In this document: positions 17,633 through 28,097 of the stretch, in pieces
How the letters are laid out: each line of letters begins with the position of its first letter
Position numbering within the stretch: the stretch's first letter is position 1
DNA from: Candidatus Pacearchaeota archaeon
Lineage (GTDB): Archaea > Nanobdellota > Nanobdellia > Pacearchaeales > DTIR01
Assembly: GCA_018303805.1 (NCBI GenBank)
Contig: JAGVXL010000001.1
Location: 110,208 to 174,207, forward strand
Reading direction: 5' to 3'
Length of the DNA: 64,000 nt
Notes under the pieces: model-generated
The model's input: the letters and a program-made list of their open reading frames with translations, nothing else
Told to the model about the DNA's origin: nothing
Databases searched by the model: none
Made by a program: the position numbers and the translations under genes

Positions 17633-18310
17633 TTAGCTCAGAAGGTTAGTTTGTTCTTTTTTATTTTCAGGCAAAATCCTTCCACTTTTTCTTCTATTTT
17701 CACTTATTGTCAACCATTGAAGGTTTTCTGGACTAAATGCTTTTTTAACTTGTTGGGGATCTGTTAGATTAAAAAAACACAAAGGAATTATATGGTCTAT
17801 CTCGAAATCTTTAAGATTTTCAGGAAAAGGTTTCAAATGTTCTATTATCTCTCCCCAATTAATTCCATATCTTTTCGAGCTCATTATTTTTCCAGTTTCT
17901 GAATATTTAGTCATTGCATGATTTAATGAACGTCTAAGCCTATCAGCAATTGCATACTCTTTGTCTGTTTGTAGCCTTAGTCTTTCTTTTTCTCTTATTC
18001 TCGCTCTTACCTCTGGCCTTCTTCCATATTCTTCCCAAAATTTTCTTCTGTCTTCTCTATATTTTGTTACTGCCAAGATCCTATTTCTTTCCCTTACCTC
18101 TAGTCTCTGTCTATATAATTTAACACGTCTTCTATTCCGTTCTTTAAATTCTGCTCCTTGCTGATATGATTTAGTATATTCTCTTATTCTTTTATTTATT
18201 TCAGACCTCCCGTAATAATGTTTCCTTTGACATATATCATTACAAAATCTTTTAGCTCTCGTTTTTGCATCGAATTTATTACCACAATATTCACAAATTT
18301 TCAGAATCAT
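17633..18310 (-). CDS. HNH endonuclease-like protein with N-terminal zinc finger
   Basis: CEYC...FCNDIC; EIDHIIPL...FSPENLQWL...ENRRK; AT-rich. Confidence 0.8.
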   Translation of the reverse strand: MILKICEYCGNKFDAKTRAKRFCNDICQRKHYYGRSEINKRIREYTKSYQQGAEFKERNRRRVKLYRQRLEVRERNRILAVTKYREDRRKFWEEYGRRPEVRARIREKERLRLQTDKEYAIADRLRRSLNHAMTKYSETGKIMSSKRYGINWGEIIEHLKPFPENLKDFEIDHIIPLCFFNLTDPQQVKKAFSPENLQWLTISENRRKSGRILPENKKEQTNLLS

Positions 18311-18382
18311 TCTAAGTTATTAAAGAGAAAGAATGATTAATAAATCTTGCTAAAAAAAGAATAAGTTTTCCATTCAGGAATT

Positions 18383-18775
18383 TTATTTACCTTTCAATAA
18401 CACCTGTATCCTGCTTGGGTCTTTCTTGATTTCCCTTATTATAGATGCCGGCCCGATTATAGTTATAGCATCCTGCTCGCCTATCAATGCCCTTGCAAAC
18501 TGCCTTCTCATCCTCATAACAATGGGCATATCTTCAAGTTTTGGAGAGAGAACAGCCAGTTCTATGCCCTTGAAGCCCTTTATGCTGCCAACAAGGGCCA
18601 TAGTGTCCTCAATAAGCCTTGCCTCTTCCTCCACTTTGAGTTTGCCCTGCAGGATGACAATCTTGTTCTGCAGCACTATCTTCAAAAGTTTCTTTATTCT
18701 TCCTACTGTGTCTAGCCTTTCAACTTCGCTATACGGGACAAATTGCAGTGTCAGTGATGAAAATGTTTTTGCCAT
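18383..18775 (-). CDS. oapB: OapB/ArvB (DUF2073)
   Basis: KIVILQGKL..EEEARLIEDTM...FKGIE...ITIIGPA..I..IKKDP. Confidence 0.85.
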   Translation of the reverse strand: MAKTFSSLTLQFVPYSEVERLDTVGRIKKLLKIVLQNKIVILQGKLKVEEEARLIEDTMALVGSIKGFKGIELAVLSPKLEDMPIVMRMRRQFARALIGEQDAITIIGPASIIREIKKDPSRIQVLLKGK

Positions 18776-18776
18776 A

Positions 18777-19247
18777 TTAAATATTGCATGGGTTTATATC
18801 TGCTCTTGATGTGATGCTGCAAATCTTTTTGCTCTTCCCAATCTGCATAATGGGCGCGACTGTTGCATATGCGGGAGTTGCAACCAGGTTTACTGAATAA
18901 ACTTGGTCCTCATTTGTGCCAGGCAGATTATCAATAATCTCAAATTTATATGAAGAGCCTGCAGCAAAGACAATAATCTGCAAGCCAGCCAAATCCATCT
19001 CATCGGCGCCTCTTGAGACCATCACGCTTAATGTTTTGTTTACAGAATCATAACAAGTATAACCCCTCTCAGTGTCTATCCTTATCTTTGCATTTATACA
19101 GGATTGGCTTGCTTCAGTTATCTTTTCCTGCAGCATTGGCATCAACATCCCCCATATCACGCCAACAGCAGCTACAGTTATCAATATAAGCAAGACCGTG
19201 GCAACTAATGCCGATACACCATTTTTGCTTTTTTCTAATCTTGCCAT
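18777..19247 (-). CDS. Archaeal type IV pilin-like protein
   Basis: Class III signal KNG/VSALVATVLLILITVAAV; paralog of 28098-28631. Confidence 0.85.
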   Translation of the reverse strand: MARLEKSKNGVSALVATVLLILITVAAVGVIWGMLMPMLQEKITEASQSCINAKIRIDTERGYTCYDSVNKTLSVMVSRGADEMDLAGLQIIVFAAGSSYKFEIIDNLPGTNEDQVYSVNLVATPAYATVAPIMQIGKSKKICSITSRADINPCNI

Positions 19248-19248
19248 T

Positions 19249-19896
19249 TCAACCCTTCTTCTTTTTCGCAAGCCTAAACAGGCTTTCATAAAATTCTTCT
19301 ATGTTCTTGCCAAACTTGGCGGATATTCCAACAACCTCATATTGCGGGAAGGCAGCCTCTATCCTCTTGATATCTGCCTTATGCAAGTCAATCTTGTTCG
19401 CGACTATCAGCACAGGAATCTTCCGGGCTGCAAGATTGCCTATTATAGTTATATTCACCTGAGAGTATGGATTTATTGTTGCGTCAAGCACGATAACGAC
19501 GCAGTCCATGTCATCAAGCCATCTTATCGCTTCTATAACGCCTTGTGTCGCCTCTTTTGCCCTCTTTTTTGCGTCATTCTTTTTCATTCCGAATTTCAAG
19601 AAATCTTCATAGTCTATCTTGGTGGCTATGCCCGGTGTGTCAATGAGTTTGAATGTCAGTTCCCTGCCTTTGAATTTTAAGTCAACTTTTTCCTTAATCT
19701 GGACTTCTCTTGTCTCATGGGGGATTTTTGAAACACTTCCCAGTTCCTCACCTGTCCAGTCCTTGCATATCTTATTGGCTAAAGTTGTCTTGCCGCCATT
19801 TGGCGGGCCGTACAAGCCAAGCTTTATATGTCTCTTCTTCTTAAACAAATTTAGAAATATCCTCTTGAAAAAATCCGGGATAACTATTATAGGCAT
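19249..19896 (-). CDS. oapA: Era-like small GTPase OapA/ArvA
   Basis: GPPNGGKTT, PHETR, DTPG, NKID, SAK motifs; EATQGVIEAI. Confidence 0.9.
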   Translation of the reverse strand: MPIIVIPDFFKRIFLNLFKKKRHIKLGLYGPPNGGKTTLANKICKDWTGEELGSVSKIPHETREVQIKEKVDLKFKGRELTFKLIDTPGIATKIDYEDFLKFGMKKNDAKKRAKEATQGVIEAIRWLDDMDCVVIVLDATINPYSQVNITIIGNLAARKIPVLIVANKIDLHKADIKRIEAAFPQYEVVGISAKFGKNIEEFYESLFRLAKKKKG

Positions 19897-19958
19897 TTTC
19901 TATAAATCCTTTTTGACATTCACCAATTTTTTATTTTAATTTGTGGGGCGGCTGTTTA

Positions 19959-22676
19959 TTAAACCTTTCGGTGTTTGAACAATATTGGAAACTTAAATAA
20001 TCTTGATTTTAATTTTACCTCAGGCATTCCAGTTTTGCCGCCTTTTATCTTCTTGAAAACATAATCTATTTGTTCAATGCTCCATCCTGCCTGTTTCAGC
20101 CTGCCCTTTGCATCTTTTTCAGCCCCGCCTTTTCTTAGAGCATTGCCAAAAAAAGAAATCAGGTTGTGCAGGTCTTGTTGGTTCTTGAACAGATACTTCT
20201 CATACCTTGTTTTGTACCATTTTTGCAGCAGTGAGTAAATTGCAATCATTAGGGCTATCACAATAACAAGAAGGAATACAGCAATTCCAACCGGCTTGCA
20301 GTCTACCCTGCAATCTCTCCAGTTTTCTCCCAGCTTTTTTTCGCAGATTCTGTTGCTGTTGCATACAACCTCCTCTTTGATTTCAAGGTCTGATAAGTAG
20401 GGGGATGCAAACACAACAAGATTGCTTAAGTCAACTCTGCCAGCCAAGGCAAAAGAAACTACTTGGTCTGCCCCTATACTATTGAAGACAAAGCCAATGC
20501 TGCCTGCGGCATCTCTCTGCCCATATTCAGATGCAAATACAGCAGTTTCGTAAGGGGCAAGAATAATAACGTAATACTCATTTAAAGAGGCAAGTGGTTT
20601 GATTCTAAGGGTGATTAGTGTGGCTATGTCCTTTTCCTTGTCATTTTCATCACTGGCACTCACAATTCTGGAGGTTGCTGTCATTGCGATATTCTTGTAT
20701 TGCCAGGACCATATAGCGTTTCTTGTCTCCTCTGCAAAATTAACATCATACACGCCGCCATTCAAGCTTTCAATCAATTCCGGCTTTATGGAGTTTATAT
20801 CCACAGCAACAGGCATTTCTGCTGCAAATTCTGAATCATACACTGATTTTGCCAGTATGAAACCCTGCACTTTTGAAATTAAGTCAATATACTCTGTATC
20901 CGCTGCTGCAAATTTGAACTGGTTTTCATAGCCAGTCAGCAAGGCGTCATTCTCAGAAATGCCTAATTGTTTTTCAAGTAACAGCCTGTACCAGCCGGCC
21001 CCCATAACTTCTCCTTTCAACGCTTCCAGCAATATTCTTTTTTCTTTTAGCGTTGTATTCAAAATCTCCTTGGGTGAACCAACCATTATTTCAGAACTTT
21101 TGCTTCCTTTTAGGCCCTGAGAATCAGTTACTTTTACAATCACCTTAAAATTGCCTATTTTTTTATACGTATGGTTAATAGAACCTGCAGTGCTTGTTTC
21201 ACTGGCACCATCTCCAAAAATCCATTCGTAACCCACAAGGGAATTATTTTTTGGGGAATACGCTTCAACAAAGAAATTAACAGTTGTTCCAGCACCTGTA
21301 TTTAATGCAATCAGGTTCTTGATGGCAGGAACCCTCTCGATTGAAACCTTCTCTTCACCTATTTTCTTGCTACCTATAAAGAGCCCAAAAAGCTGTTCGC
21401 CGTACTCATCTGCAGAGAAATTCGCAGCGCTTAAATCAAGTTTTGTCAGATTCATATCCACCATAGCAGGCTTTCTTGCCAGCCCAAAGATATTCTGCTC
21501 TGTTGTGCATAACCCCTGGGCGCAATAGCTTAGCTTGAAATCTTTAAAGGCAATCCCATTTGAAGAGATTATTTTAATGGGGACTATGCATCCGCCAACG
21601 CAATCGTTTGCATATCTTTTTTCTATGTATTTTTTTATCAATTCGCTTGCGCTTGCGGCCCCTAATCTAGAAAATTCCTGCTCATTGAATTTTATTGTTT
21701 CGTTTACAGGGGCGATTCCAGTTCCTTGGACTAGCAGGGAAAAATCTGCGCTTGCGTTTTTTGTTGCGCTAGGCAAGCCACTGTAGCCACACGCTGGTGC
21801 GGAATCCTCAGCCTTTATTGTATATGCACCATCCAAAAAATCATCCCTGATGCATGCATAATATTCCTGCGTGCCGCTGAAAACATTAAAATCAACCAGG
21901 CAGCTTTCCTCAATATAGGAGGTTGTATTTGGCTCAGGCATGTCGCATTCTGCCTGATTGCCATTTTTATTGTCATAAATAAAAGCAGCTAAATCCCCCC
22001 CTCCCTTATTCTTCCTGACCAGCGCTGAAAGTTTAAATCTTGAGGAGGCAGGAAGGAAAATCTTTTGGCAATAGGGGGAAGTTGTTATGTCCAAATCAAG
22101 ACTTGCCGCAGTGTTATCATAGCAGCTGCTGGGCTTCAAGCTTCCGCAAAGTTCTCCTGCTCCTGTATGCATCCAGTCGATGATGCCATCTGAAAGCAGG
22201 TCAATTTGTAAAGGGCTTGAGCCGCACGATACAGCCCCCCCGCTTCCTTGCATGCTGAATTCTACGGCATCTGATTTGATTTCAATCTGCTTGCCTATTA
22301 TCATTCCTCCGAGGATAGTGTCTCCAGAGCCGAGAATCTTCTGCTTCATGCTGCTGCCAGAAGTTTCATAATACTCTTTGCAATCCACTGGATTGCAATA
22401 GAAATCTTTCTCTGCCTGCAAGCCATTTTTCTCCAAAAATTCCATTAAGGTGATATTTTTCCCAAGTGCTGCGGCGATATTGTCCGCGGGCTCATTGGAC
22501 AGGCTCAGATTGACCAAGCCTTCAATAGCACCGCCAATACCGTAAATTGTCCTGGTTAATGCCATGCTGCTGTCTAACACCTCTGCTTTGGCAGCTGAGA
22601 AAATCATTAAATTAAAGACAAAAATCAAAAAAATACCCAAACCTAACTTGTTCATTTTTCCTCTTTGGTTTAACAA
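19959..22676 (-). CDS. Membrane-anchored PKD-domain surface protein
   Basis: Signal peptide, WIFGDG PKD motif, C-terminal TM and cytoplasmic helical domain. Confidence 0.8.
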   Translation of the reverse strand: MLNQRGKMNKLGLGIFLIFVFNLMIFSAAKAEVLDSSMALTRTIYGIGGAIEGLVNLSLSNEPADNIAAALGKNITLMEFLEKNGLQAEKDFYCNPVDCKEYYETSGSSMKQKILGSGDTILGGMIIGKQIEIKSDAVEFSMQGSGGAVSCGSSPLQIDLLSDGIIDWMHTGAGELCGSLKPSSCYDNTAASLDLDITTSPYCQKIFLPASSRFKLSALVRKNKGGGDLAAFIYDNKNGNQAECDMPEPNTTSYIEESCLVDFNVFSGTQEYYACIRDDFLDGAYTIKAEDSAPACGYSGLPSATKNASADFSLLVQGTGIAPVNETIKFNEQEFSRLGAASASELIKKYIEKRYANDCVGGCIVPIKIISSNGIAFKDFKLSYCAQGLCTTEQNIFGLARKPAMVDMNLTKLDLSAANFSADEYGEQLFGLFIGSKKIGEEKVSIERVPAIKNLIALNTGAGTTVNFFVEAYSPKNNSLVGYEWIFGDGASETSTAGSINHTYKKIGNFKVIVKVTDSQGLKGSKSSEIMVGSPKEILNTTLKEKRILLEALKGEVMGAGWYRLLLEKQLGISENDALLTGYENQFKFAAADTEYIDLISKVQGFILAKSVYDSEFAAEMPVAVDINSIKPELIESLNGGVYDVNFAEETRNAIWSWQYKNIAMTATSRIVSASDENDKEKDIATLITLRIKPLASLNEYYVIILAPYETAVFASEYGQRDAAGSIGFVFNSIGADQVVSFALAGRVDLSNLVVFASPYLSDLEIKEEVVCNSNRICEKKLGENWRDCRVDCKPVGIAVFLLVIVIALMIAIYSLLQKWYKTRYEKYLFKNQQDLHNLISFFGNALRKGGAEKDAKGRLKQAGWSIEQIDYVFKKIKGGKTGMPEVKLKSRLFKFPILFKHRKV

Positions 22677-22722
22677 GTATACAATAATTTATAAACTTTT
22701 TCCAGAAAACAAAACTTCCATT

Positions 22723-24912
22723 CTATAATTTTTTCTTGGATATTGTGAACATATAATATATTATGATTATTGTTGCAGCAGAAATTAGGTTTGCAATACT
22801 GAAGAAAGGCAACCTTGAGATTGCTGTACCGCATCTTATTTCTTTATAGCCAGAGCTGCATTGCTGCTGGGCTGTTTCATTTGTTTGCATTTCTATTGGC
22901 AGGATTGCAGCAGTCCAATTCATGTTTTGTACACCTGCGATACAGCCACTTAATGAAAAGGATTTCATGCAGGTTATGAAAGGAACATTCCCCGGGATGA
23001 TTTTTAATACTTCATAATTAAACCTGCAGTCCCCGGAAGGATTCCCAGCCGGCCCCCATAGGCATTTACAGCTTGAAGAATTAATTAAGTAATTTCCAAA
23101 AGTCCTGCCGCAGATATCTGTGCCAAGCCCTTTCCCAATTGGTTTGCCTAAACCGAGCGAATCTGCGTTGCATGCACTTTCGCCTTTATAATCAGAACAT
23201 GAAGACATCCCAGCAGGATCCACACATGAGCCATTAAGCCATGCACACCCATATTGCTCGCATTCAACAGAAGAATTATAACTTCCGCAATCGCTGGGCC
23301 TCTCTGTGCATGCTGCTCCTACAGCTGGGCAATAAAAGCCCCTTGGGCAGCAGTCATCTGCAGTCAATGCCTGCTTATCTGGGCCTTCGCAATTTTTTAT
23401 CATGGTGTCATAATATGTTGTTTCATTAGCGCAGAAATAGTGCTTGCTTACTACAGAACAGCTATCTAACGGCACAAATTCAAAAGTGCCATCAAGCGGA
23501 ACCTGGCAGCCGCTTATATAGAAGGTAGTTTCAACTGATGAAGTCGGCTCAGAATCGTCAACAGTTAATTTTACAAGGTGCTCTCCAGATGTTGAGAAGA
23601 GCTTTGTGAAATAGGCTCCTTCAATCCCTTTTGCAGAATAAGGATAACTGCCATCATCAAATTCCCATTTGAATATCAACTGGTTAAATGGCGTGATATC
23701 ATCAATGCTTAAAGTTGCATTGAATGTGACGAGCATGCCAGAAAATTTCTGGGAATATGCAGGCTGGGATATTATCGCGAGAGGAGGATCATCTGCGGAA
23801 GAATTTATCATGATGCCTATTTTTGTTTCAGCTGTTTTGCCTCTTGAATTTTGAACAGTCAGCGTTACAAATTTCGGTCCGCCTGAAGAAAAGGCATGTG
23901 TTGTGTTTGCAAAATTGCTTGTATAGCCATCGCCAAAATCCCATCTTGTGCTTGTTATTAAATCATCAGCATCATAACTGCCAGAAACAAAATTTATTAC
24001 CTCGCCAAGATTGAAAATGCTTCCTTCAGGCGGCTGCGAGATTGCTGCAACAGGTGGCGTGTCATCTTCTGTGAGGCTGACACTTAACAGTTCTGATTCC
24101 AAATATACAGAGGGTGTTATGCTCATAAATGATTTAAACTTGTTGCCGTCACTTGCTCCATCCTGGCATAACTTTACTTTCCATAATAGAGATGCCTTGC
24201 CACTTTGGGAATAGCTGCTGTAATAATCTTCGTAACATTTTACCAATCCTTCTTCCCATAAAGTAAAATTAACAAGCATGCCTTCAGCATTAGTTGTTTC
24301 TGCCACAAGCATTATATAATCATTGACCTGTGTCTGGTTAATCTTGACGCCTGCCAAATCGGTCCAATACACTGCTGTAACAGAAGGGCATGAAGCAACA
24401 CAGTTGCTATTGAGAACATAATCACTTGCAGAATTGCAGCATGCCTGGGTGCCGTCACAGCTTCTTCCATTGCCTGTTCCTGCATAAAACTCATTTGTAT
24501 CATCGCCGCAGCACTGTCCCTGCAAGCCAGGCTCAAATGGGATTGCCCATCTTCCAGTTCCAACCTTGCATTGGCAGTCAGCAGAATCAGAATCCCAATT
24601 TACATTATAGGCATTTGTAGGGCCTTGATTTGTTACCCCGCCAGCTTCACAATTTGACTGGGCATAACAATACACATCCCCTTCCTGCCCGCATTGCACG
24701 CCATTCGCAGCATTGCAGCTTGCAGTGTTGCTGCTTGACACTTGCCCTGAATCGCATGCATAGCCTCCAGAACCAGCATTATACATGCAATATGCCCTTG
24801 TCCAATATGCTACACTGCTATCTGCTTTAACTAGCAATGAAGAGAGGATAATTAGTAACACAATAAATAGCCCAACAAACAGAAAATTAAATATTTTAAC
24901 CGCTTTTCTCAT
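22723..24912 (-). CDS. Cys-rich surface protein with two PKD domains
   Basis: WDFGDG and WEFDDG motifs, signal peptide, C-terminal LPFF plus TM. Confidence 0.8.
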   Translation of the reverse strand: MRKAVKIFNFLFVGLFIVLLIILSSLLVKADSSVAYWTRAYCMYNAGSGGYACDSGQVSSSNTASCNAANGVQCGQEGDVYCYAQSNCEAGGVTNQGPTNAYNVNWDSDSADCQCKVGTGRWAIPFEPGLQGQCCGDDTNEFYAGTGNGRSCDGTQACCNSASDYVLNSNCVASCPSVTAVYWTDLAGVKINQTQVNDYIMLVAETTNAEGMLVNFTLWEEGLVKCYEDYYSSYSQSGKASLLWKVKLCQDGASDGNKFKSFMSITPSVYLESELLSVSLTEDDTPPVAAISQPPEGSIFNLGEVINFVSGSYDADDLITSTRWDFGDGYTSNFANTTHAFSSGGPKFVTLTVQNSRGKTAETKIGIMINSSADDPPLAIISQPAYSQKFSGMLVTFNATLSIDDITPFNQLIFKWEFDDGSYPYSAKGIEGAYFTKLFSTSGEHLVKLTVDDSEPTSSVETTFYISGCQVPLDGTFEFVPLDSCSVVSKHYFCANETTYYDTMIKNCEGPDKQALTADDCCPRGFYCPAVGAACTERPSDCGSYNSSVECEQYGCAWLNGSCVDPAGMSSCSDYKGESACNADSLGLGKPIGKGLGTDICGRTFGNYLINSSSCKCLWGPAGNPSGDCRFNYEVLKIIPGNVPFITCMKSFSLSGCIAGVQNMNWTAAILPIEMQTNETAQQQCSSGYKEIRCGTAISRLPFFSIANLISAATIIIIYYMFTISKKKL

Positions 24913-25006
24913 TTATTTTTCCCTCTTTTTTGCTTAATTCTGAATGCAAAGGAATTATTTAAACCTTTTTCTGCGGTTAATCCCCGTATAAAGATAAACC
25001 GAGGAT

Positions 25007-25990
25007 TCATCCCCATTTAACAGCTACATCGTCTGTTCTTTCTGCTGGATTAATGTTTGCTTTTTCCGGCTCTATGCTGCATTTTGCCTCAAACATCTTC
25101 AAGCCGAGATAGGCAATCATGCCGGCATTGTCTACAAGAAATTCATTTGGCGGGCAGAAAAATTCTGCATTCCTCTCATTGCACATAATTCTTGCCATTT
25201 CCTGCAGTCTTGAATTGCATGCAACACCCCCTCCAAGCAAAAGCTCATCCTTGTTCAAATGCGCCAATGCCCTTTCTGCAGCTTCTATAACCATTGCAAA
25301 CGCTGTTTCCTGCAGTGAAAAAGCCAAATCTTCAATTTTTATGCCCCTGTCATATTTCTGCTCTAAATTTGTAAGCAAGCCTGAGAAAGCAACATCCATT
25401 CCTTTTATTGAGTATGGCAACTCAACATACTTTCCATGTTTGGCAAGTTCTGAGATTTTAGGGCCTCCTGGGAAACCTATGCCGCAATGTCTTGCAAAAG
25501 AGTCAATAAAATTCCCTATCCCTATGTCAAGAGTTTCTCCAAAAATCCTGTACTTCCCGCCAGCATAAGATATAATCTGTGTATTGGCTCCCGATGCGTA
25601 CAGCAAAACAGGATTTTTGCATCCTGTCAGCTTTCCAATCTCCAAATGGGCAATACAGTGGTTCACAGGCACAATCTTTCTGCTTAATTTTAATGCAAGT
25701 TCTTTTGTGAATTTCAGCCCTTCAAGCAGGCAGGGAGCAAGCCCTGGCCCATGTGAAAATGCAATTGCATCTATTTCTCCAAGCCTAATGCCAGACTTGT
25801 CAAGCGCATCTTGCAAGACTTTTCCCTTCACAGCAGCATGATGTTTTGCTGCCTCAACAGGAACTATGCCCCCCTTCTCTGTTGTGTAGGAATCTTTGCA
25901 GTTTGCAATTATCTCTATTTTCCCATTTTCCTTTTTGGCTATCCCTATGCCAAAGGTGTGCGCTGTAGATTCTACCCCAAGGATTATCAT
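25007..25990 (-). CDS. kae1: t6A synthesis protein Kae1/TsaD
   Basis: LGVESTAHT, GPGL, NHCIAHLE, SGANTQ, GETLDIGIGN, DNAGMI. Confidence 0.95.
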   Translation of the reverse strand: MIILGVESTAHTFGIGIAKKENGKIEIIANCKDSYTTEKGGIVPVEAAKHHAAVKGKVLQDALDKSGIRLGEIDAIAFSHGPGLAPCLLEGLKFTKELALKLSRKIVPVNHCIAHLEIGKLTGCKNPVLLYASGANTQIISYAGGKYRIFGETLDIGIGNFIDSFARHCGIGFPGGPKISELAKHGKYVELPYSIKGMDVAFSGLLTNLEQKYDRGIKIEDLAFSLQETAFAMVIEAAERALAHLNKDELLLGGGVACNSRLQEMARIMCNERNAEFFCPPNEFLVDNAGMIAYLGLKMFEAKCSIEPEKANINPAERTDDVAVKWG

Positions 25991-26075
25991 AGCTATCTCA
26001 GGAATAAAATATTTTTAAATATATATCCCTGATAAAATTAGGAAAACCTTTTAAATTGAAAAATCCTATTCTATA

Positions 26076-26335
26076 TGCAGACTAGGCCGGCACGCTAGCC
26101 CTGTGCTGTTTGTCCGCGGGCTTTAAACAGGCTGTAAAGGGAGATGTGAGATGCTTTTCGTGCAGTCTTGCTGTCAACTGCGACGCCTTGTCCTGCTCGA
26201 TCTGGCCGTAACGAATAGTTGAGGTTCGGAAGAAAGCAGACTTAAGCTATGGTTAAGATGCTTGCAGCCAACAAAGCTGAGAAGATAGCAGGGTTAAACT
26301 GCTTGAGAAATATCAAGCTGCTCCCCGAGTCTGCA
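26076..26335 (+). ncRNA. ffs: Archaeal SRP (7S) RNA
   Basis: Terminal helix TGCAGACT/AGTCTGCA, 5' CTAGGCCGG, helix 8 motif AGG-TTC-GGAA-GAA-AGCAG; BRE/TATA upstream. Confidence 0.88.
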
Positions 26336-26411
26336 CTTTAAAACTCAGCAAGATAAATTTTAAATAGTTCTTTTTCTTATTGTCTATGTTGGAGAGGAAA
26401 AAAGAGGCAAC

Positions 26412-27011
26412 ATGAAGAAAAATGCACAATTTTATATTATTGTAAGTGCAATAATAATCATGGTTGTCACTGGCTTAATAACAATACTAAATTATGTTGT
26501 TGTAAGGCCAGAGCCGATACAGTTCTATGATTTGTCCAAACAGCTTGAGAGGGAAGCAACAAAAGTGATAGATTATGGCGTTTATACTGGGGGGGATATC
26601 CCCGCGCATATAGAGGATTTTATCACGAATTTCCTGAAATATGCGCATGAAAAAGATCCTGAGATCGGCTTGATATATATTTATGGAAATGCCACTTCGC
26701 TTATTGTTGCAAATTATGGCAAAGATGATGCAGGCGTGGTTACAGAATTAAACAAGACAGTGCTGTATGGCTCTGAGGCAGAGTCAATAAGCCAGATAAG
26801 GATGGATATTGCAGGGCAGCAGGTTGGCAAGAAGATTATAGAGGAAAAAGGCATTTTCGGCAACATAAAAACAGTGCTTGGGCCAAGCAAGCTTGTAAGG
26901 GTGAACATTTCAAACAAGATTTATGATTTTGATTTAAAAGGCCAGCAGTACTTTTTTGCCATAGTAAAAAGTGAGAGTGAAGGGGAAACTTATTATAGCC
27001 TGATTGAATAG
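26412..27011 (+). CDS. Class III signal peptide (pilin-like) protein
   Basis: KKNA/QFYII followed by a hydrophobic helix. Confidence 0.75.
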   Translation: MKKNAQFYIIVSAIIIMVVTGLITILNYVVVRPEPIQFYDLSKQLEREATKVIDYGVYTGGDIPAHIEDFITNFLKYAHEKDPEIGLIYIYGNATSLIVANYGKDDAGVVTELNKTVLYGSEAESISQIRMDIAGQQVGKKIIEEKGIFGNIKTVLGPSKLVRVNISNKIYDFDLKGQQYFFAIVKSESEGETYYSLIE

Positions 27012-27033
27012 GGACGAATAAAAAACAGCGCAT

Positions 27034-27516
27034 ATGAAAAACACAAAAAAAGGGGTAACTGAGCTGATTGCATATGTCCTGCTTATAAGCCTAGCGATAG
27101 CTTTAAGCATCCTTGTTTATAATTGGCTTAGATTTTATGTATTGCCCCATGAACCCAAAGCATGCCCTGATGGCGTTAGCTTGATAATTCAGGAATACTC
27201 CTGCGTCTCTGGAAACATAAATATAACTGTGAGGAATAAAGGGCTTTTCAAGATTGACGGCTATCTCATAAAAATAAACAACAAAGTGGACCACGCAGGC
27301 AAGCCAGAGGGCTTGCCCGTGTATTTGCTTGCATCTGTTTCTTTACCTAGTCCCTTGAACCCAAGTGAGATGCATTCTGGCGATTATCCCTATAAGGACC
27401 TTTACGGAAGGGTAGTGGAGATAGAAATAGAGCCATTCAGGAAGCAGGAAAATAAAATTGTTTATTGTGACAAATCAGCAGCCAGGCAGATAGTGCGTTC
27501 AGTTGATTGTTCATAG
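27034..27516 (+). CDS. Type IV pilin-like protein
   Basis: KKG/VTELIAYVLLI. Confidence 0.85.
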   Translation: MKNTKKGVTELIAYVLLISLAIALSILVYNWLRFYVLPHEPKACPDGVSLIIQEYSCVSGNINITVRNKGLFKIDGYLIKINNKVDHAGKPEGLPVYLLASVSLPSPLNPSEMHSGDYPYKDLYGRVVEIEIEPFRKQENKIVYCDKSAARQIVRSVDCS

Positions 27517-27555
27517 CAAGATTTAAAATTATAAGTGACATGATTCCTTAAGCAA

Positions 27556-28020
27556 ATGCAACACAAAAAAGGGGTTACTCCGATTGTAGCAACAGTATTG
27601 CTGATAGGCATAACAATTACATTGGCAATAATAATCTTTGCGTGGGCGAGGGGATTTATTGCAGAGCAAATAGAGAAATTTGGGAAATCTGCAGAACAGG
27701 TTTGCGAAGAGTTGAGTTATGATGCTGATGTTGTGCCAGCAGGCGCTAATCTTTATGATTTTTACATAACCAACAGGGGCAATATCCCCATCTATGCCAT
27801 TGACATAAAACAGATAGGCCCTGGCAAATCACAGGTAGACAGGAGAACAATAACCATAGCAGAGGGCCAGTCATTGAAAGAAACCCTGACTTTAGAGAGG
27901 GCAAGTTATGATACTATAATGATTATGCCAGTAATCCTTGGAAATGCGCGGGGAACAGCAAATAAAAAAGCCTATGCCTGCCCCCAACAATACAGCAAGC
28001 AGATTGAACTGCCCTTATAG
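27556..28020 (+). CDS. Type IV pilin-like protein
   Basis: KKG/VTPIVATVLLI. Confidence 0.88.
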   Translation: MQHKKGVTPIVATVLLIGITITLAIIIFAWARGFIAEQIEKFGKSAEQVCEELSYDADVVPAGANLYDFYITNRGNIPIYAIDIKQIGPGKSQVDRRTITIAEGQSLKETLTLERASYDTIMIMPVILGNARGTANKKAYACPQQYSKQIELPL

Positions 28021-28097
28021 GAAAGTTTTTAAGGTTAAATTACAAGACCTTATTATAGTAATATAAATAAGAGTGCAAAAAGGAGGTAAGAATAAAG

